From Somniosus microcephalus (taxonomy: Eukaryota), in NCBI GenBank assembly GCA_052327205.1, contig CM126215.1, positions 95,604,001 to 95,668,000 on the forward strand: a stretch of DNA of 64,000 nt, in the 5' to 3' direction. The notes below the pieces were generated by a model. The model was not told the DNA's origin. It ran no database searches and saw only the letters and a list, made by a program, of their open reading frames with translations. Shown piece by piece: positions 37,943-51,749 of the stretch (position 1 is its first letter; every line of letters starts with the position of its first letter). Both the position numbers and the translations under genes were made by a program.

Positions 37943-38391
37943 AATATGCCCAGCCGCTCGTGGCAGGAGTTGCAGGGACACTGCGACAGACGTCCACTTT
38001 CAAACCAGAGGAAGAATCGGAAGCAGGATACAGTGACCCAGATGGGAATGGTCACTACGATGCTCCTGTATCAGAGATTTACCATGCATATGCAGAACCC
38101 TTGCCAGCCTCAAGCCCTGAATACGCCACTCCAATCATAATGGAAATTTCCGGTCACCCAACAGGAACGTTGGGATCTGCGGCAGCCTCCACCTTTAAAT
38201 CAGTGGGGAGTACAGGGCCTTCAGTGGTGGGTAGTCTAAGCACATCGTTACCCAGGACTGAGGGTGCCTCTTCTGGACAGGCAGAGTATGATACGCCAAA
38301 AGGAACAGTAGTCCCAATGCCTGCAGAGGAACTAGTATACCAGGTACCACATAGTGTACCGCAGCTACCAGCAACATCAGATGCTGAGTGA
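37943..38391 (+). CDS. DCBLD2: DCBLD2 last coding exon (YxxP-rich tail), stop TGA 38389-38391
   Basis: ttacag| EYAQPLV...STFKPEEE...YHAYAEPLP...EYATPII...YDTPK...LVYQVP. Confidence 0.97.
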
Positions 38392-39080
38392 ACTTAAGAA
38401 AGGAGACAACATGCAGAGGGTATTTTGGTGGGGAGAAGAGAATGAGTTCAAAAGACCATTGCTGCAGCGAAAGAAATGATTGTCCAAAGCTAATGGTTAG
38501 GCATGTTACCATGGTAAGTGCTAAGAAACTGTTGCCTGTAATGGATGGAATATGGAGTTTTCTTGAATGTTGCCGTTCAACTGCATGTGCCTGGAATGTA
38601 GAGGTTGATTCATACTGGTGAGGTATTTAATGTCATCTAGTACCAAAGGGTTAGATAGTGCTCCGCACTAAAAGATGGAAAAGATTTTGATTCTGGTCAG
38701 TCCATTCTGGTTCACTTCGGCTCATTTTACGCTGTTGACTACCAAAACATATTGTACTGAAATCTGCATTAGGAAAACAACTCTCAGACTTGGTTACGGC
38801 AAGTGGAGGTTAAATCGGAGAGACACATGCCAACATTTAATGTCCTTAACCAAGTATTGTGACAAACTGAACAAGTGTTAACTGGGAGAGCTCCTGGGTT
38901 TTCAACTAAGGAACTTGAACCGATCACTCAACACTGAGTTGTTTATAAGGCAGGAAGCTTTGCCAGTCTGAGCTTGGAGGAGATACGTGGAATTGGCCTG
39001 GAGAGGTAATCCTCTCCCAAAATACTGCAGCTCATTTTAATAGTGTTGCTGAGAACCAGGTCAAATAGCTTGAGATGTCA

Positions 39081-39244
39081 GCCCTGAAGTTCCTGACACA
39101 TTCTACCAGCCTCCCGCTGTAATTCACAGGGGGAACGCTGCAAACAGCTGACAAAGGCGATCTATGCTGTTTCCCTGGGGCTCTGCCTATCTCCTACTGG
39201 AGTAACGGCAGGAGACCAGTAGCACCCCCGTGGAATTTCAGGGC
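39081..39244. mobile_element. Short palindromic MITE-like element
   Basis: Termini gccctgaagttcc / ggaatttcagggc with further imperfect inner pairing. Confidence 0.5.
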
Positions 39245-41949
39245 ATTTATTTTAATGCTACTGCAAATTGGAATTAGTCTTGACATCACACTTTTGATGG
39301 TGTGATAGTGTTCTATTTATTCTACAAGTTGGTTTTTAACTTTGTTCTGAAACATGGTGCAGTCTATTGACCATAGTTTGTTTGATCAGTATATTTTCAC
39401 TCTCTAACTACTCCCTGGGACGCTTACAGAATTAGTGCCGAACTCGCCTCGGTGATGGTGTTTCCCTCTGCTCAGGTTTTTTTTAATGTAGGCTGAGCTG
39501 TACAGCTGTCTAGACTAATTTCTGATTTGTTTTCCAAACCCCTCACATTCCTGAATGAAATGGGTGCCATAAGGGGGATATTTTATAGTTGGGCTGATGG
39601 AGCTGCAACTGTTGCACATATTATTTTAATGTTTTTATCCACGGTTTTATTGCTGGCATTGGAGACCAGATCTTATTGCAAATTTGACTTTCAGTATTGC
39701 GCCTTGAGAGAGAGAGATGGCACTGTCACTGAGGACAGGTGGTTTCTGTTGTAAGTTTTTTCCTGTAATAAATGGGAACCCTTGTCCAAGTGATCCAGCT
39801 TACATTATTAATAAGTTTTATATAAGATGATAAATAAAGGTTGCAACATCACGGTTTGGGGTGACTGCTAATATAACAAATGCAAAATATATTTACTGTT
39901 ACAAGGAATCTCCCCACCCCACTCCCATATATCACATTCCTGAGAGTCCAGCGTATCCTGGGCAGGCTGAACACCAAGTACTGACCAGAAATATCCATGA
40001 ACTTTAAGCTGAAACATAGTCAGGTGAACATTCCGAGACTCAGTTCCTGGCACGTAGTCTTGCTCAACAGAAGCATAGATTGGAGGCCAGCATGCCCATT
40101 TCCCCAATCTACACTCCCATTGGGTCAGACTCCATCTCGGGAGCAGAGTTGCTAAAAAAAAATTACTCTAGTTTTCCTTTTCAGCATTTTATTTATATTC
40201 TCTCTATCTCATTCCCCCCCCCCTCTCTCATTCTTCCCCCCACCACCCCCAATCAGCCATTAATCTCTCTTCCTCCCCTTGAGGCTGTCCTTTATAATGA
40301 TAATAAATGGCCATTTGAACATATTAGATATATCAATTTCTGATATGTTAGAACTAATGAGAAACACTGTCCGATCCAACTGTATGTTTATTCCTATTGA
40401 ATTTGATATAAAATGTTTCTCTAAGCACAGTGGGAAAGAAATGTGAAAAAAGACAAATTTATCTTGCACTCCTGCCATTTGCAATTCCCATCTTGTTAGA
40501 AAAATGAATGTAATAAATTTCCATTTAGCATTGCTATCCTTATTTGTTCTTCTTTGAGCAACTGCTTTTGTGTCAGATTACACCTTAAATAAGGATGTTT
40601 ATTCTGGCCCAAAATGGCGTTTGCCATTAAAACCCCCTGGTATGAGTCAGATCTCTACAAGAATGTACTTTTTTGTTGTCTTACCTCGGCATGTACTGTA
40701 GTCAGTTTATTATTTGTATATTTTGGTAGAATTTAGAATGTATACATAGAATGGAAGAGATTTTTTGATGATCTGTTGATATGTGATTGAAATATTTGTA
40801 CATAGATTACCAGATGAAAGTAACTGGTTGGTAGAAAATTAATGGAACCCTCAAGTCTCAGTGGTATTGTTTACCTGGCTGAATCTACAATGGTTCTCAG
40901 CTCACTCCTGCTCTGTTCTAACAGCTCGAACTCCAGCAAGCCCTGCACGGTCAATTGATTCCACAAATGGTGTTAGGCTTGACTGTTGCACATTTCATGA
41001 CATAATGGGTTGAGGCCATTTGTTTCAAAACAAAAATCGAGGATTATTGTGAGTGTTCTCAGTATCTGAATTTCATTGACATTTGACCTTTCCTTTTTAA
41101 GATTTCATCAAATTTTATGTATGTTCCCAATGTATGGTTGTTAGCTGTGAGATAAGGTGGACTATAATATTGAGGTTCGTGCCAGCCTAATAAATAGGCT
41201 ATCTACAAAACTGATGCTAAGAAACGTCGGAGACAGCCACTTGCTATCAGTGAGATGAAACATTTGCTCCTCCTTCAGTTCATCTAAAGGTTAACCCTCT
41301 GTCTGCAGCTATGGATGAGCTGGAAGGTTATTTTCTGACCCATGTGACCAAAATGTGAAGCATTACCTCAGATTGCTGAAGGTAAAGTCAGATGATTTTT
41401 AAAAATATTTTCGGTAATGAAAATGTTTTTTCTGCCCAAGATGTTGTCATTACTTCCTGATGAGCAGGAAGTTCCCCTCTAAACAATTATTTTACTTTCT
41501 CTTTTAATTGACTTTTTGCAAGTATAAGCAGTTCTCCCTCTGGTAGCTAGGATGTGAGAATCATCATTGAGAAAGACACGCTAAAGACATCATCCTAGGC
41601 TTCAGAAATGGTGCCTTTCATTTTTGACACCGCCAGCTCTACCCATAAACATAAGGATAAACTCATCATACGGGGGCATACTGTGTATGAGGTAGTAAAT
41701 GAGCCCCTTAACATAGCAAAATAATTTAAATATTACAAGTTGGAAAAACAAAAGCAAATATGTAAGTAACATTTCCATATTTTCCAGAAAATTGTGTATG
41801 CCAATTAATTGGATTGAGAACTCCTTTGGTTCTGTTGCACTAGTGATGCAGTAATGAAACGTGCCCTGCAGGCGGTGCTGTTAAGATTCCTGGCTGAGTT
41901 CTGCACTTTGTTCTATTATATGCATTAACATTCTCCCAACAATGGCTAT

Positions 41950-42520
41950 GGTAAGCCTTTAAAATTCACTGTTTAGACCTCAACTCGAGTATTGTGTCCA
42001 ATTCTGGCCCCCACATTTAGAAAAAGATGTCCAAGGCCTTGGAGAGGGTGCAGAGGAGATTTACCAGAGATGAGGGAATTCAGTTATGTAGAGAGACTAA
42101 GGAAAGTTGGGATTGTTCTCCTTATAGCAGAGTAGGTTATGGGGAGATTTAATAAGATGTTCAAAATTATGAGGGGTTTTGATACGGTACATAGGGAGAA
42201 ACTGTGTCCACTGGCAGCAGGGTCAGTAACCAGAGGACACACATTTAAGATAATTTGCACAAAAAAAAAGCCAGGGGGGAGATGAGAAGAATTTTGTTTT
42301 ACTCAGTTGGTGGTTGTTATCTGGAATGCACTACCTGAAAGGGTGGTGGAAGCAGATTTAATAGTAACTTTCAAAAGGGAATTGGATATATACTTGAAAA
42401 GGAAAAATTTGCAGGACTGTGGGGAAAGAATAGGGGAGTGGGACTAATTGGTAGTTATTTCAGAGAGCTGGCACAGACACGATGGGCTGAATGGCCTCCT
42501 TTTGTGCTGTATGATTCTAT
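41950..42520 (+). mobile_element. CR1-clade LINE 3' fragment
   Basis: Degenerate RPQLEYCVQFWPP...[11 protein letters not shown]; CR1 3' end gatgggctgaatggcctcc...tatgattctat. Confidence 0.88.
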
Positions 42521-43092
42521 CTCTAACTTAGGTTTTCCTAGTCTTGTATGAATCATTTGGGGTCTAGAAACCTCGATGAATAATGACATTATAACTTGTT
42601 ACCCAGCACAAAATATTTTCCAGCTATCCTGTGAGTATTAAAAGTCAAACCCAAAATTTGATTGCAGAGTTTCTAACATGTCCTTGCAGGAAACCCGGCC
42701 TTTAATTTTGACACTGTACTTGCTCAACAAATACAATACAAAATTAGCTAACATTTCCATATTGTGAGAAATATCTGCCTTAAACTAACTTTAATTAGTA
42801 TGTTTAGACCAACCTAGAGGGTGATCAACAACTGCAACAGGTTGCCAAGAACAGTGGTTGAAGACAGGCCACTGGACTCAGTAAGTAACAGCTAGATATT
42901 ATAATACTGTAGGTAGGTTTTATATTCTGAAAATATGCCAAATGGACTGAATGGCCTTTTTAACCCAAGTCTATCTTATGATCATGTCAAATTAAGGAGT
43001 AACCAGGAAATGGTTCCAAGTCTGTATAGAGATATCATTCTCTCTCTATAACCATTTATTTTAGTCACATTCACATGTTCTATACCAACTAC

Positions 43093-43412
43093 TGTCTCTG
43101 GGACGTTAAACCGAGGCCTCGTCTGCTCTCTCAGGTGGACACAAAAGATCCCATGTCACTATTTCGAAGAGGAGTAGGGGAGTTATGCCCGGTATCCTAG
43201 CCAATATTTATCCCTCAAACAACATAACAAAAAAACAGATTATCTGGTCACTATCACATTGTTGTTTGTGGGAGCTTGCTGTGTGCAAATTAGCTGCCGT
43301 GTTTCCTACATTACAACAGTGACTACACTTCAAAAAGTACCTCATTGGCTGTAAAGTGCTTTGGGGCGTCCAGTGGTCATGAAAGGCGCTATAGAAATGC
43401 AAGTCTTTCTTT
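43093..43412 (+). mobile_element. Deu-domain SINE (SacSINE1-like), 5'-truncated
   Basis: Deu-domain gacgttaaaccgaggc..ctctcaggtggac..aaaagatcccatg..ctatttcgaaga; L2-like tail aaaggcgctatagaaatgcaagtctttc. Confidence 0.85.
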
Positions 43413-45151
43413 AACATTTCAAACCCTTGAGGCAGAATGCAGTTTTAACCTTTGCCCATACACGCTCAACACTGCCACCAGCTGGAGCTTGGTGTTTTTC
43501 AGCATTCATAGACTGAGATTTGAAGGATATATACATTTGAGATGCAAAACTTATTTTAATTTAAATTTTCCCTACACGATTATAATAGTGAAAAAGAAAA
43601 TCTGGTTTAAAGTGAGAATCATTTAAGTGAACAGAATGGCCCTGAGATTAGGGTTGACACTATTTGTCAATCCAAAATCAGATTGGGGTGGGATCAAGGC
43701 TTCAATTCAGATAATGATGAAAATTTATTGAAATGTTATAATCTCGATAATGCTTCCAGAGTGAGGCACAGAAGTAAATGGGGAAAATTGAATTTTATTT
43801 AAAGCGTGTCCAGTTTACATTTTTTAAATTTCCAGACAGCCCACTCAAAAAGAAAAAAACCCACTGTCCGATCCAAAACCATGTGTGGCAACCATAACCG
43901 AGACAGCTGTTTTGTCTGGTCTTCAACAGCCCCATTCAAGGACAGAAGTCTAGTTTGGAAACAATGTGAAAATGAGCAAATCTAAAAGAACACTGGTGGC
44001 CCACAGCTTGCTGGGTAAATTCAGCCAATGGGACTGAGGGTATAGTAAATAAGAATTAGAATATATGTGTGCAGCCTATGTTTGTTACAAGGTACGTGTT
44101 TCTGGAGAATTGGAGTTCCTACTGAAATGTCACAGAAAGACAGAACTGCTGTTACCACAAGAGATGCTTCTTTGTTCTGCAGTGTTTTATGAATCTTGCT
44201 GTAAGGAGTGATAGATCTCTCAAAATGATTTATTTCTGTGAAATAATAGTTTGAATTAGTATTTGCTCCACAATATTACACTGCAAAGTGCATTCTTTCA
44301 TTAGGGTGTGATTGCCAGCACAGCAAAATGTTTTCTTAATTAAAAAAAAAAAGACTTTTTGAATCTGTTCATGGGAGAAGGGGTGTTAACTAGCAGTAAT
44401 TTCACGAAAATAACTCTTCCCCGCCCCAGAATTGAATCTGCCTATTTCGAGAAGACAGTAACTCATCCCATCACAATATATCCCGTTACTTAGAGAGTAG
44501 CTTTACAAATTATTAATTTTCCTTACCATTGCCGTTGTTTTTAAGCCAGCTTTGTGTGTATTTTGGTTTTATCTTTTAAAAAGTTGCAACAACTAAAAAA
44601 TGACTGGAGCTGAGCTTATCACAACCGGTCAGTGTATGTCGCACAAAATTTGAACGAAACTTTAGCTCGGAGACGACGTAACTCTAGGTCTGTGCATAAA
44701 AAGAGGTCCAGTACAAGGGATCACTGCTCTCACACCAACACTTAATAATAATGAACATGCAATGCATGTATCCCATGTACAGTGAACTGTCACCCTATGT
44801 AGAGACTATTGTAATATGCACCTTGAGTTATTCTCGTGATAATCACTGTATTTATGCTGAAACTGCGAAAGCTACTTCCTGATAGAAGCTTGTGTGAATT
44901 CTACAGTTGCAGCCCTGTCACCACCTCAATGTGTTTAGTAAAAGAAAACAAAATTTGTATCAAGTTTTCTACATTCATTTTGTATGTGTCAGCAAAACTG
45001 CTTTATTTGAATTTATTGCAGACAGTTCTACACGATGTAGAAGCCACTAAGTTTATTCATTTTTACTTGTAGTACTTTTTTAATAATTTAGTGCGAGTAC
45101 TGTACTGACGCAGTTAAAAAGAACTGTCGATTCAAGTGAAGTTCTATCTAT

Positions 45152-45200
45152 AATAAAATAAAACTGAAACAAGTATTGCTTTGTGGTGATGGTCTTCGTC
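45152..45200 (+). terminator. Candidate distal polyadenylation signal of DCBLD2
   Basis: Overlapping AATAAAATAAA preceded by several TGTA elements and followed by GT-rich ttgctttgtggtgatggtctt. Confidence 0.55.
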
Positions 45201-46319
45201 GCTTCACACCAGTCAGACAGCAAAAGGGCAGTTTGCCTGTTGGTCTTAAATAGGAACTCAAAAAACGCCCCGAGGGCTCAATTGCTAAATACATCATGTG
45301 GTGTAGAACTGAGCCATAAAGAACAGGAAGGTGTTGGGTTCAATCCCAGGTCTGAGCTGAGTTAACTAAGCTCTAATATGGTAGTACTAGAGGTACTACA
45401 GGTGGACTCAGTGCTCCGGGCTAGGGAGGAGAAAAGTCATGCAGACTTCCTGCCTTTGATCAATACTCAGTGGCCCCTGAGGAAAGTGGAGAAGAGGACA
45501 AGATCAGGCTCAGCTTTGATGTCCTCCCACTGTTGAATAGCATTGCCAACACATACAGGGCTCGCACGTTACAACAGCGGCTACACTTCAAAAAGTACTT
45601 AATTGGCTATAAAGCGCTTTGGGGACATCCTGAGGTAATGAAAGGTGCTATATAAATTCAAGTCTTTCTTTCATGTGAAGAATAGCTAATTGTGTGGAGT
45701 AGAGGGCAGCAGGCACTTATCGAGCCATACTCAACAAGTCGACACCCTCAACAAAAGAAAGGAGAAAATTACAGAAATCCTAAAGGGAGGGAGTCAATGC
45801 AGACATCGGGTGCAAGGGGCTGAAAGTATTCTCTCTCCTACCGCTCCTTCAGTGTTAGTTAATTTTCACTAATTAATTAAGCACAGCTTTTGGCCTTGCT
45901 CATTTTGAATCAAATTGGACCAGATTTCTGGGCACAAGGGTGGAATCAAGAAGGGGAGGCCTGGTTCTGCTCAACCCAAAAAGTCTTGGGGCTAGAAATG
46001 GGCAGTATAATTAGAAAAGTTGGAGAATTAGCGCAAGGCGCTATTGCTTTAGACTGCACGCAAAATTCGTGCTCACTGCTCAAAGAAATTATTGGAGTGC
46101 TAATTCAAGTCTTTAAGCCCAAGCTCATTGGCGTTAAGGGTGGAGCAATATCAAGTGCAGTCTAATCGCAAGTCATGATTGCCACAGGCTTTTTTCAGTT
46201 CTTAAAGGGGAGGTTTATTGATGCTGAAGAACCTCATTCTCAGCATTGCTGGCTGTACAGCTGCCTCAGCAAGCAGCAGCAGGTCAAGGAGGAGCCGAAG
46301 AACTGAAGCAGCTGTACTC

Positions 46320-49300
46320 ATGGCAGATCCACGCCCTCATTCTGCGACCAAGCATTGGAGGTGTTGGTGTTTGCTGTGGAGAGACGGAGGGCGGTGCTCT
46401 ACCCGGCAAGTGGCAGGAGGCCCTCGCCACAAGTCTTCCGCACCACGTGGAGAGAGGTAACGTAGCATGTCTCGGGCACTGTGGTCCCCAGGACCCGCAC
46501 ACAGTGCAGGAAGAAATTTAACTACCTCACTTAGGTGGTCAGGGTGAGTGAATGCTTCAACAAATGCTACATACCACTTTCTGAATCACAGTCTTCACTC
46601 ACTGCCCAAAACACCACACCACCAGCACTCGCCCACCAACAATCTCTACCTACCAACACTCACACCCACATTTCACACCTTGCACACAATGACAACTATT
46701 CAACTATGGCCGGCACATCACCCAAATACACAGGGGAATATTCTGGGGGCTCAGCGGACGCAATCGGTGGTGGGTCGGGTGGGAAAATGTTTTTTTTCCC
46801 CCACAGCGGGTCAGGACCCCGCTGCCACATGCCTTTCCCAAATGTCGGGTCTGTCAGCGCTGAGCAGACCCAACACGCAGCAGCGGGGGAGGCAATTAAG
46901 GTCATTATGACCTTGTTAACAGAGCATTAAGAACTATTTTCAGCTCATCTTCAGAGTTTACCAGGTCGCCCACAGGGTCCACGCTGCTCGGGAATCACGT
47001 CGGGTAAGCAGGGCAGGAGTTGAATGGCCATGGAATCATCTCTCTACTTCACAGCTGCAAATGTGCTATAAAAGCTCCCATCTCACAGCTGTTCACTTTC
47101 CAAGCTCAAAAGCTGTTGCTTACTGCATTTGGAAGACAGATTGAGCTTTATGAAGGTGGCAAGTGTTTGGAGCAAGCTCTCTATCCAGTGTCACCTCATT
47201 GGAACAACCTCTCTCACCATTGACAGATTGCTTCTGTCATCTCTTCCATCAGTATCAGTGCCCTTGAAACTAGCTCACCTTGGTCCTCAGAATCCCACCA
47301 CGATCAGCACCAAGCACACCAGAAGCACCAACAACAACACCACCCTTCTCCGCAATCACCTGATGCTGAACAGAGCGCACGGCATCAGCACCCGACCACA
47401 TTGCTGCCCGGGAGGCCAGGGATGGCCTCACCATGGCCAGATTTACTTCACTTGAAGCTATACACCCTGGCTGCCACATGATGCACCAGGTTGGTACCAA
47501 CACCATAAAGCATCCCTACAATGCCCAAGCCATTCCTTTCACACTCATCACCATTGCGTTATGTCTCACCATTCACTACAACTCACTAAGTAACTTCCAA
47601 AGGTGCACACACATCTGTCCAACAATGCAAAGTGTTGAAAATAAAGGTTTCAATGTTTGACAGTACATTAACAAAAACTTTACATGGACATTGCATAAAA
47701 CACCCAAATGGCTACCCTGTGTGTTGTTAGTTGGTATGATTGCACTAGGATGAGGGTGAGTGTGAGGGGTGGCTAGTGAGATGGGGAAGTTATAATGTAG
47801 ATAGCGAGGGATGGGTGGAGGTTTACGGTAAGTTGGTGTAAGACTGTGCAGGAGTAGGGTAGGGAAGGAAGAGTGATGGGGATGTGATGAATGGCATAGC
47901 AGGATGAGGTTGAGTGTGGCTTTGTACCAACATTTTGTGATCATCTGAGATTATTGAAAGGTTTCTGCCACTGCAGTCTGGTCCTCCTGACGACCGCCCT
48001 GCTTGTGTCCTGTGCAATGTGCAACGAGGCTGCGTTGGTCTCCTGGGGAGATCTCTTCCGCCCATTGGAAGAGAAGAGAACCTCCCTGCATGCTGTGACT
48101 CCCTTCATAAGCATATGGAGGGAGTCCTGGGAGAGCCTGGGTGCAGCCGTCCACCTCTGCAGTGCTTGTCAGTGTTTGCAGCACCTCAATGCTGTAGAAC
48201 ACTGACAACACAAATGTCAAAATTAATTTGCGCACGGTCCCTTTAAGGAAACCAGCAGACCCGCTTCCTTCAATTGGCCGGCAAACACGCTAGGCGGGCT
48301 TAGCCAGCCCAATATGGAGGAAATCATTTTGGACTGCGGACTGAAGCTGGCAGCGAGGCTGGGACCCGCCACCGACATGCCGAGGTTGGTAAAATCCAGC
48401 CCATTGCTCCACACTCACACACACTTTCCTTTCTCTTGCAGGCCAAGGTGGCTCTCAACAGGAGGGAGCAGGAGTGCACAGGCGGGGGACAAGCCAAAAT
48501 CCAATCGCCATCTGCGCTGGAGAATAGAGTGCTGCAGATTATTTTGCGCCAGGTGGTGGGCACCATGGCCACCGGTGACGTTGACCCCCTTGAGGACAAC
48601 AACAGCATGTTCATCCCTACTCCTTCTTGCATCCCACTTCCCCCTCACTCCACAAGTGTTTTGCAATTTCCAGCTAATCATGCTGTATGCATGCATTTCT
48701 CCCTTTCTGCCCTGTCCCCTCACCTTAACCCGACTCTTGTGCCTTTATGCTTTCAGATAATGTGCAAGCAGCTGAGCAGCCTGTCCCTGATGGCACCGCA
48801 GAGTGAGGTGGGAGAAGAGGAGGACAAAGAACACACCACGTCACTGCATATCTCACCTGCAGGCACCAGCTCAGATACTGGCACTACGCGTTCTTTAGAG
48901 GCCAGTATAGTAGCGGGAAATGCACAGGGTGAGGCACCGGGGACGAGTGGGCCGCAGCAAGGCCAGGGGGAAAGGGTAGTTCGGGGGCCAGCTCCCCAGA
49001 GGGCAAGTTCGCGCATGAGTTCTGCTGCACAGGACTCAGATGAGGACCTTGATGGGGAGGCATTTAGAAGAAGGGTGATGGACAGGCACATGGAGATGCT
49101 AGGTGCAATGGCAAGGATGAGGAGTGTGGAGGAGTCCACCATCAACATTGCACAGAGCTCTGCGCACACCACAGAGCCCATCATTTCCAGTCTGCAAAGG
49201 ATGGTGGACTCCCAAAGAGACCGTGGCGACCCAGACCTGATGCCGTGTGTGATGGACGATCTGGCAACTTCCATTGCAGCACAGGCGGAAACGACACCAT

Positions 49301-49841
49301 GTCTTAGAGCTGTAATGCAGTCTATGCTTGGTGGCATCCAATCTCAGACTGCTCTCATGCGGTCTCAGCTTGATGCCACGCAAGCTATGACTGCTGCCAT
49401 CGTGGCTGGGTCTACCACTGTCGACCGGGGCTTTCACGGTGTCGCAGCAGGCCAGCAGTCTGTGTTCCAACAGTTTGCTAGGGATGCTGAGGGTGCTGCC
49501 CTGGGGAAGTGGCAGTGGGTCAGTGGAGCAGGAACCTGCTGTCCTCTCTCAGGATAACAGCAGTCCTGCTCCCACCACTGCCACTCCCACTCCCACATTG
49601 CACTTGTCGCTGCCCGTCATCCAGCCAGCCCAGACTGCTGCCGCCCATGCTGCGGTGGTGCAGACTACAGCTGGGCCTTCCAGGCCCAGAGCTGATTGAG
49701 GGCATCTTGCAAGTCCATCTGAAGTCTCCTGCACGGCCACTCCGCAGCCTTCCACAAGCCCTGCTGCAGTCACTGGACCAACACCTCATAGGAGCACTAG
49801 AGTAGGCAAAGGCACAGTAACGAGAGGCACAAAGGTGAATA
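46320..49841 (+). pseudogene. Harbinger Myb/SANT gene relic, 3 exons (~46320-46543, 48442-~48606, 48757-~49841)
   Basis: Exon 1 ..ALEVLVFAVERRRAVLYP...RTRTQCRKKFN..|gtgagt; exon 2 ttgcag|AKVALNRREQECTGGG; stops and frameshifts present. Confidence 0.75.
46733..48402 (-). mobile_element. Non-autonomous Harbinger derivative nested in intron 1 of the Myb gene
   Basis: Right end aaaatccagccc; carries a minus-strand Myb exon-1 relic (~47930-48190); 47185-48260 is colinear with 59846-60073 + 63109-63990. Confidence 0.72.
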
Positions 49842-49984
49842 GTTAATATTTTTGTGCAAATATGTGTTCACTGATTTTTGATAAATGTATTAATTCAGTT
49901 TGGATTCTTTTGTGTGGTCTCTCATTTCAGCTTTGCGCTGTGATATGACTTGCGACAGGGATGGAATGATGGGAATGTGGTGAG

Positions 49985-51140
49985 CAACAGGCATCTGGGG
50001 TTTAATTTATTGGAACTGCAATCTGATGAGGCGGTTACGGACCGCCCATCCGGAAGGCCGATTGAGTGGCTGCCTCCTCCCTCGCTCCTCCTCGTCCTCC
50101 TCTTCCTCTTCCTGAGGTGGACCCACAATCCCTGGGGGCAAGGGCTAGGCCTTCATGATGGCAGTTGTGGAGCATGCAGCAGACCACCACAAAATGGGAC
50201 ACCCGCTCAGCCGAGTATTGGAGGGCTCCTCCCGAGTGGTCATGGCAGCAGAACCGTTGCTTCAGCAGGCCGATGGTCTGCTCAATGATGTTCCTGGTGG
50301 CAGCATGGCTCTCATTATATGAGTGCTGGGCAGGAGTGTTGGGGTTGCGTAGGGGAGTCGTGAGCCAGGTGGAGCGTGGATAACCCTTGTCTCCGAGCAG
50401 CCAGCCGCGAGCTTGACGTGGTGGCTGGAAGAGTGCTGGCACACCGGTCTGGCACAGGATGAAGGCATCGTGGCTGCTGCCAGGATAGCAGACATTCACA
50501 TTGAGGATTCACTGTCTATGATCGCACACCAACTGTACATTAAGTGAATGGGTAGCCTTTGTGGTTATGGAAGATCTCAGGATTGTTATGCGGTGCCCAC
50601 AAAGTCACGTGGGTGCAGTCAATGGCACCCTGCACCATGGGGAATCCCGCTATCTTGGCAAAGCCACATGCACACTCGTCCTGCTTTTCTCTGGTGATGG
50701 GGAAGGAAATGTAGTCCCTTCTCCTACTGTAGAGAGCCTCTGTGACCTCCCCGATGCAGTGATGGACGGCGAACTGCAAGATGTTCGCTATGTCTCCTGT
50801 TGCAGACTGGAAGGATCCACTGGCGAAGAAATTGAGGGCAACGGTGACCTCGACTGCCACTGAGAGCGCTGTGGTCGCCTTGATCTGAGGCTCGAGGTCT
50901 GGTTACAGGAGGTGGCAAAGTTCTGTGACCACCTCCTTGGTGAAGTGGAGACTTTTAATACACTGCTCCTCGTTTAATTGGAGGTAGGAGAAGTGCTCTC
51001 GGAGGGTAAGGCCTCCTGTTGAGAGCCCTGATGGCCCTCCTCCCTCTGGGCACATGTTCTAGTCTTTCTCGCTGCCTCTGCTCCCTCCGTTGTAGAACCT
51101 GGAGGGTGAGGTCAACTGCCAGTAAAGCCCCCATTAATGT
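49985..51140 (-). pseudogene. Harbinger DDE transposase, multiply frameshifted
   Basis: [50 protein letters not shown] motifs spread over ORFs 50540-50860 and 50035-50499. Confidence 0.92.
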
Positions 51141-51749
51141 AACCAAGTGTAGCAGTTTGAATTTTTAAAGAAAAAATGTAGCTACTTTTTAGTTGCCACA
51201 ACATTCCTCGTACAAAGTAACCTTGAAATTACTGAATGAACCTGACAAGAAACCACTGAAACTCCACTAACCTGACAGCTACTAGTCATTACTAATGATG
51301 CCTTTAAATAACATCCCTGGAGCCAGCTTCCTGCTGCTTCACACCAGCTCTCCCTGTCGCTGTTTACTCCAAGTGTGAAGGTAGGTGGCGACAATCAATT
51401 TCACAGATCGGGTGCTCAGTGAGCGTTGCAGATGGTGAGAGATACAAAGTAGTAGTGGTAGATTGCCGAGTCTATGATTGAGAGCATGAGACTAAAAGGT
51501 ACTGCTGTATCCTGGAATATTGGGTATACTGCATATGCTTACACTGCACAACCTGCATTCAGGTCACAGAGTCACAGCTTTAGGAAGTACTGAGGCCTTC
51601 AAGTAAAAACCTTAACAAAGACATTAAAAGACACAAGCATTTTTTCGCTTTTTAAAAAATATTTTGTTCAGAGCTTTATATAGAAATTTCAGTTACGGAG
51701 GGAAAAAGGTCAACAAATTTTTTTCAGAAAACATACTGAGAAAATATAA

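Larger units (their letters stand above)
38392..45180 (+). other. DCBLD2: Probable long DCBLD2 3' UTR
   Basis: Follows the stop; AU-rich, relatively repeat-poor; candidate AATAAA at ~39766, 39833, 40512 and a doublet at 45152-45162. Extent is inferred. Confidence 0.5.
45988..51400 (-). mobile_element. Decayed two-gene Harbinger transposon (boundaries approximate)
   Basis: Convergent Myb/SANT gene (+) and DDE transposase (-); left end gggctagaaat is TIR-like; right TIR not identified. Confidence 0.8.

Noticed and set aside
41865-41880. Single CTCF-like motif
   Set aside because: Weaker isolated match that could be chance.
48436-49557. 373-aa host gene
   Set aside because: Read-through of exon 2, intron and exon 3 of the decayed Harbinger Myb gene.
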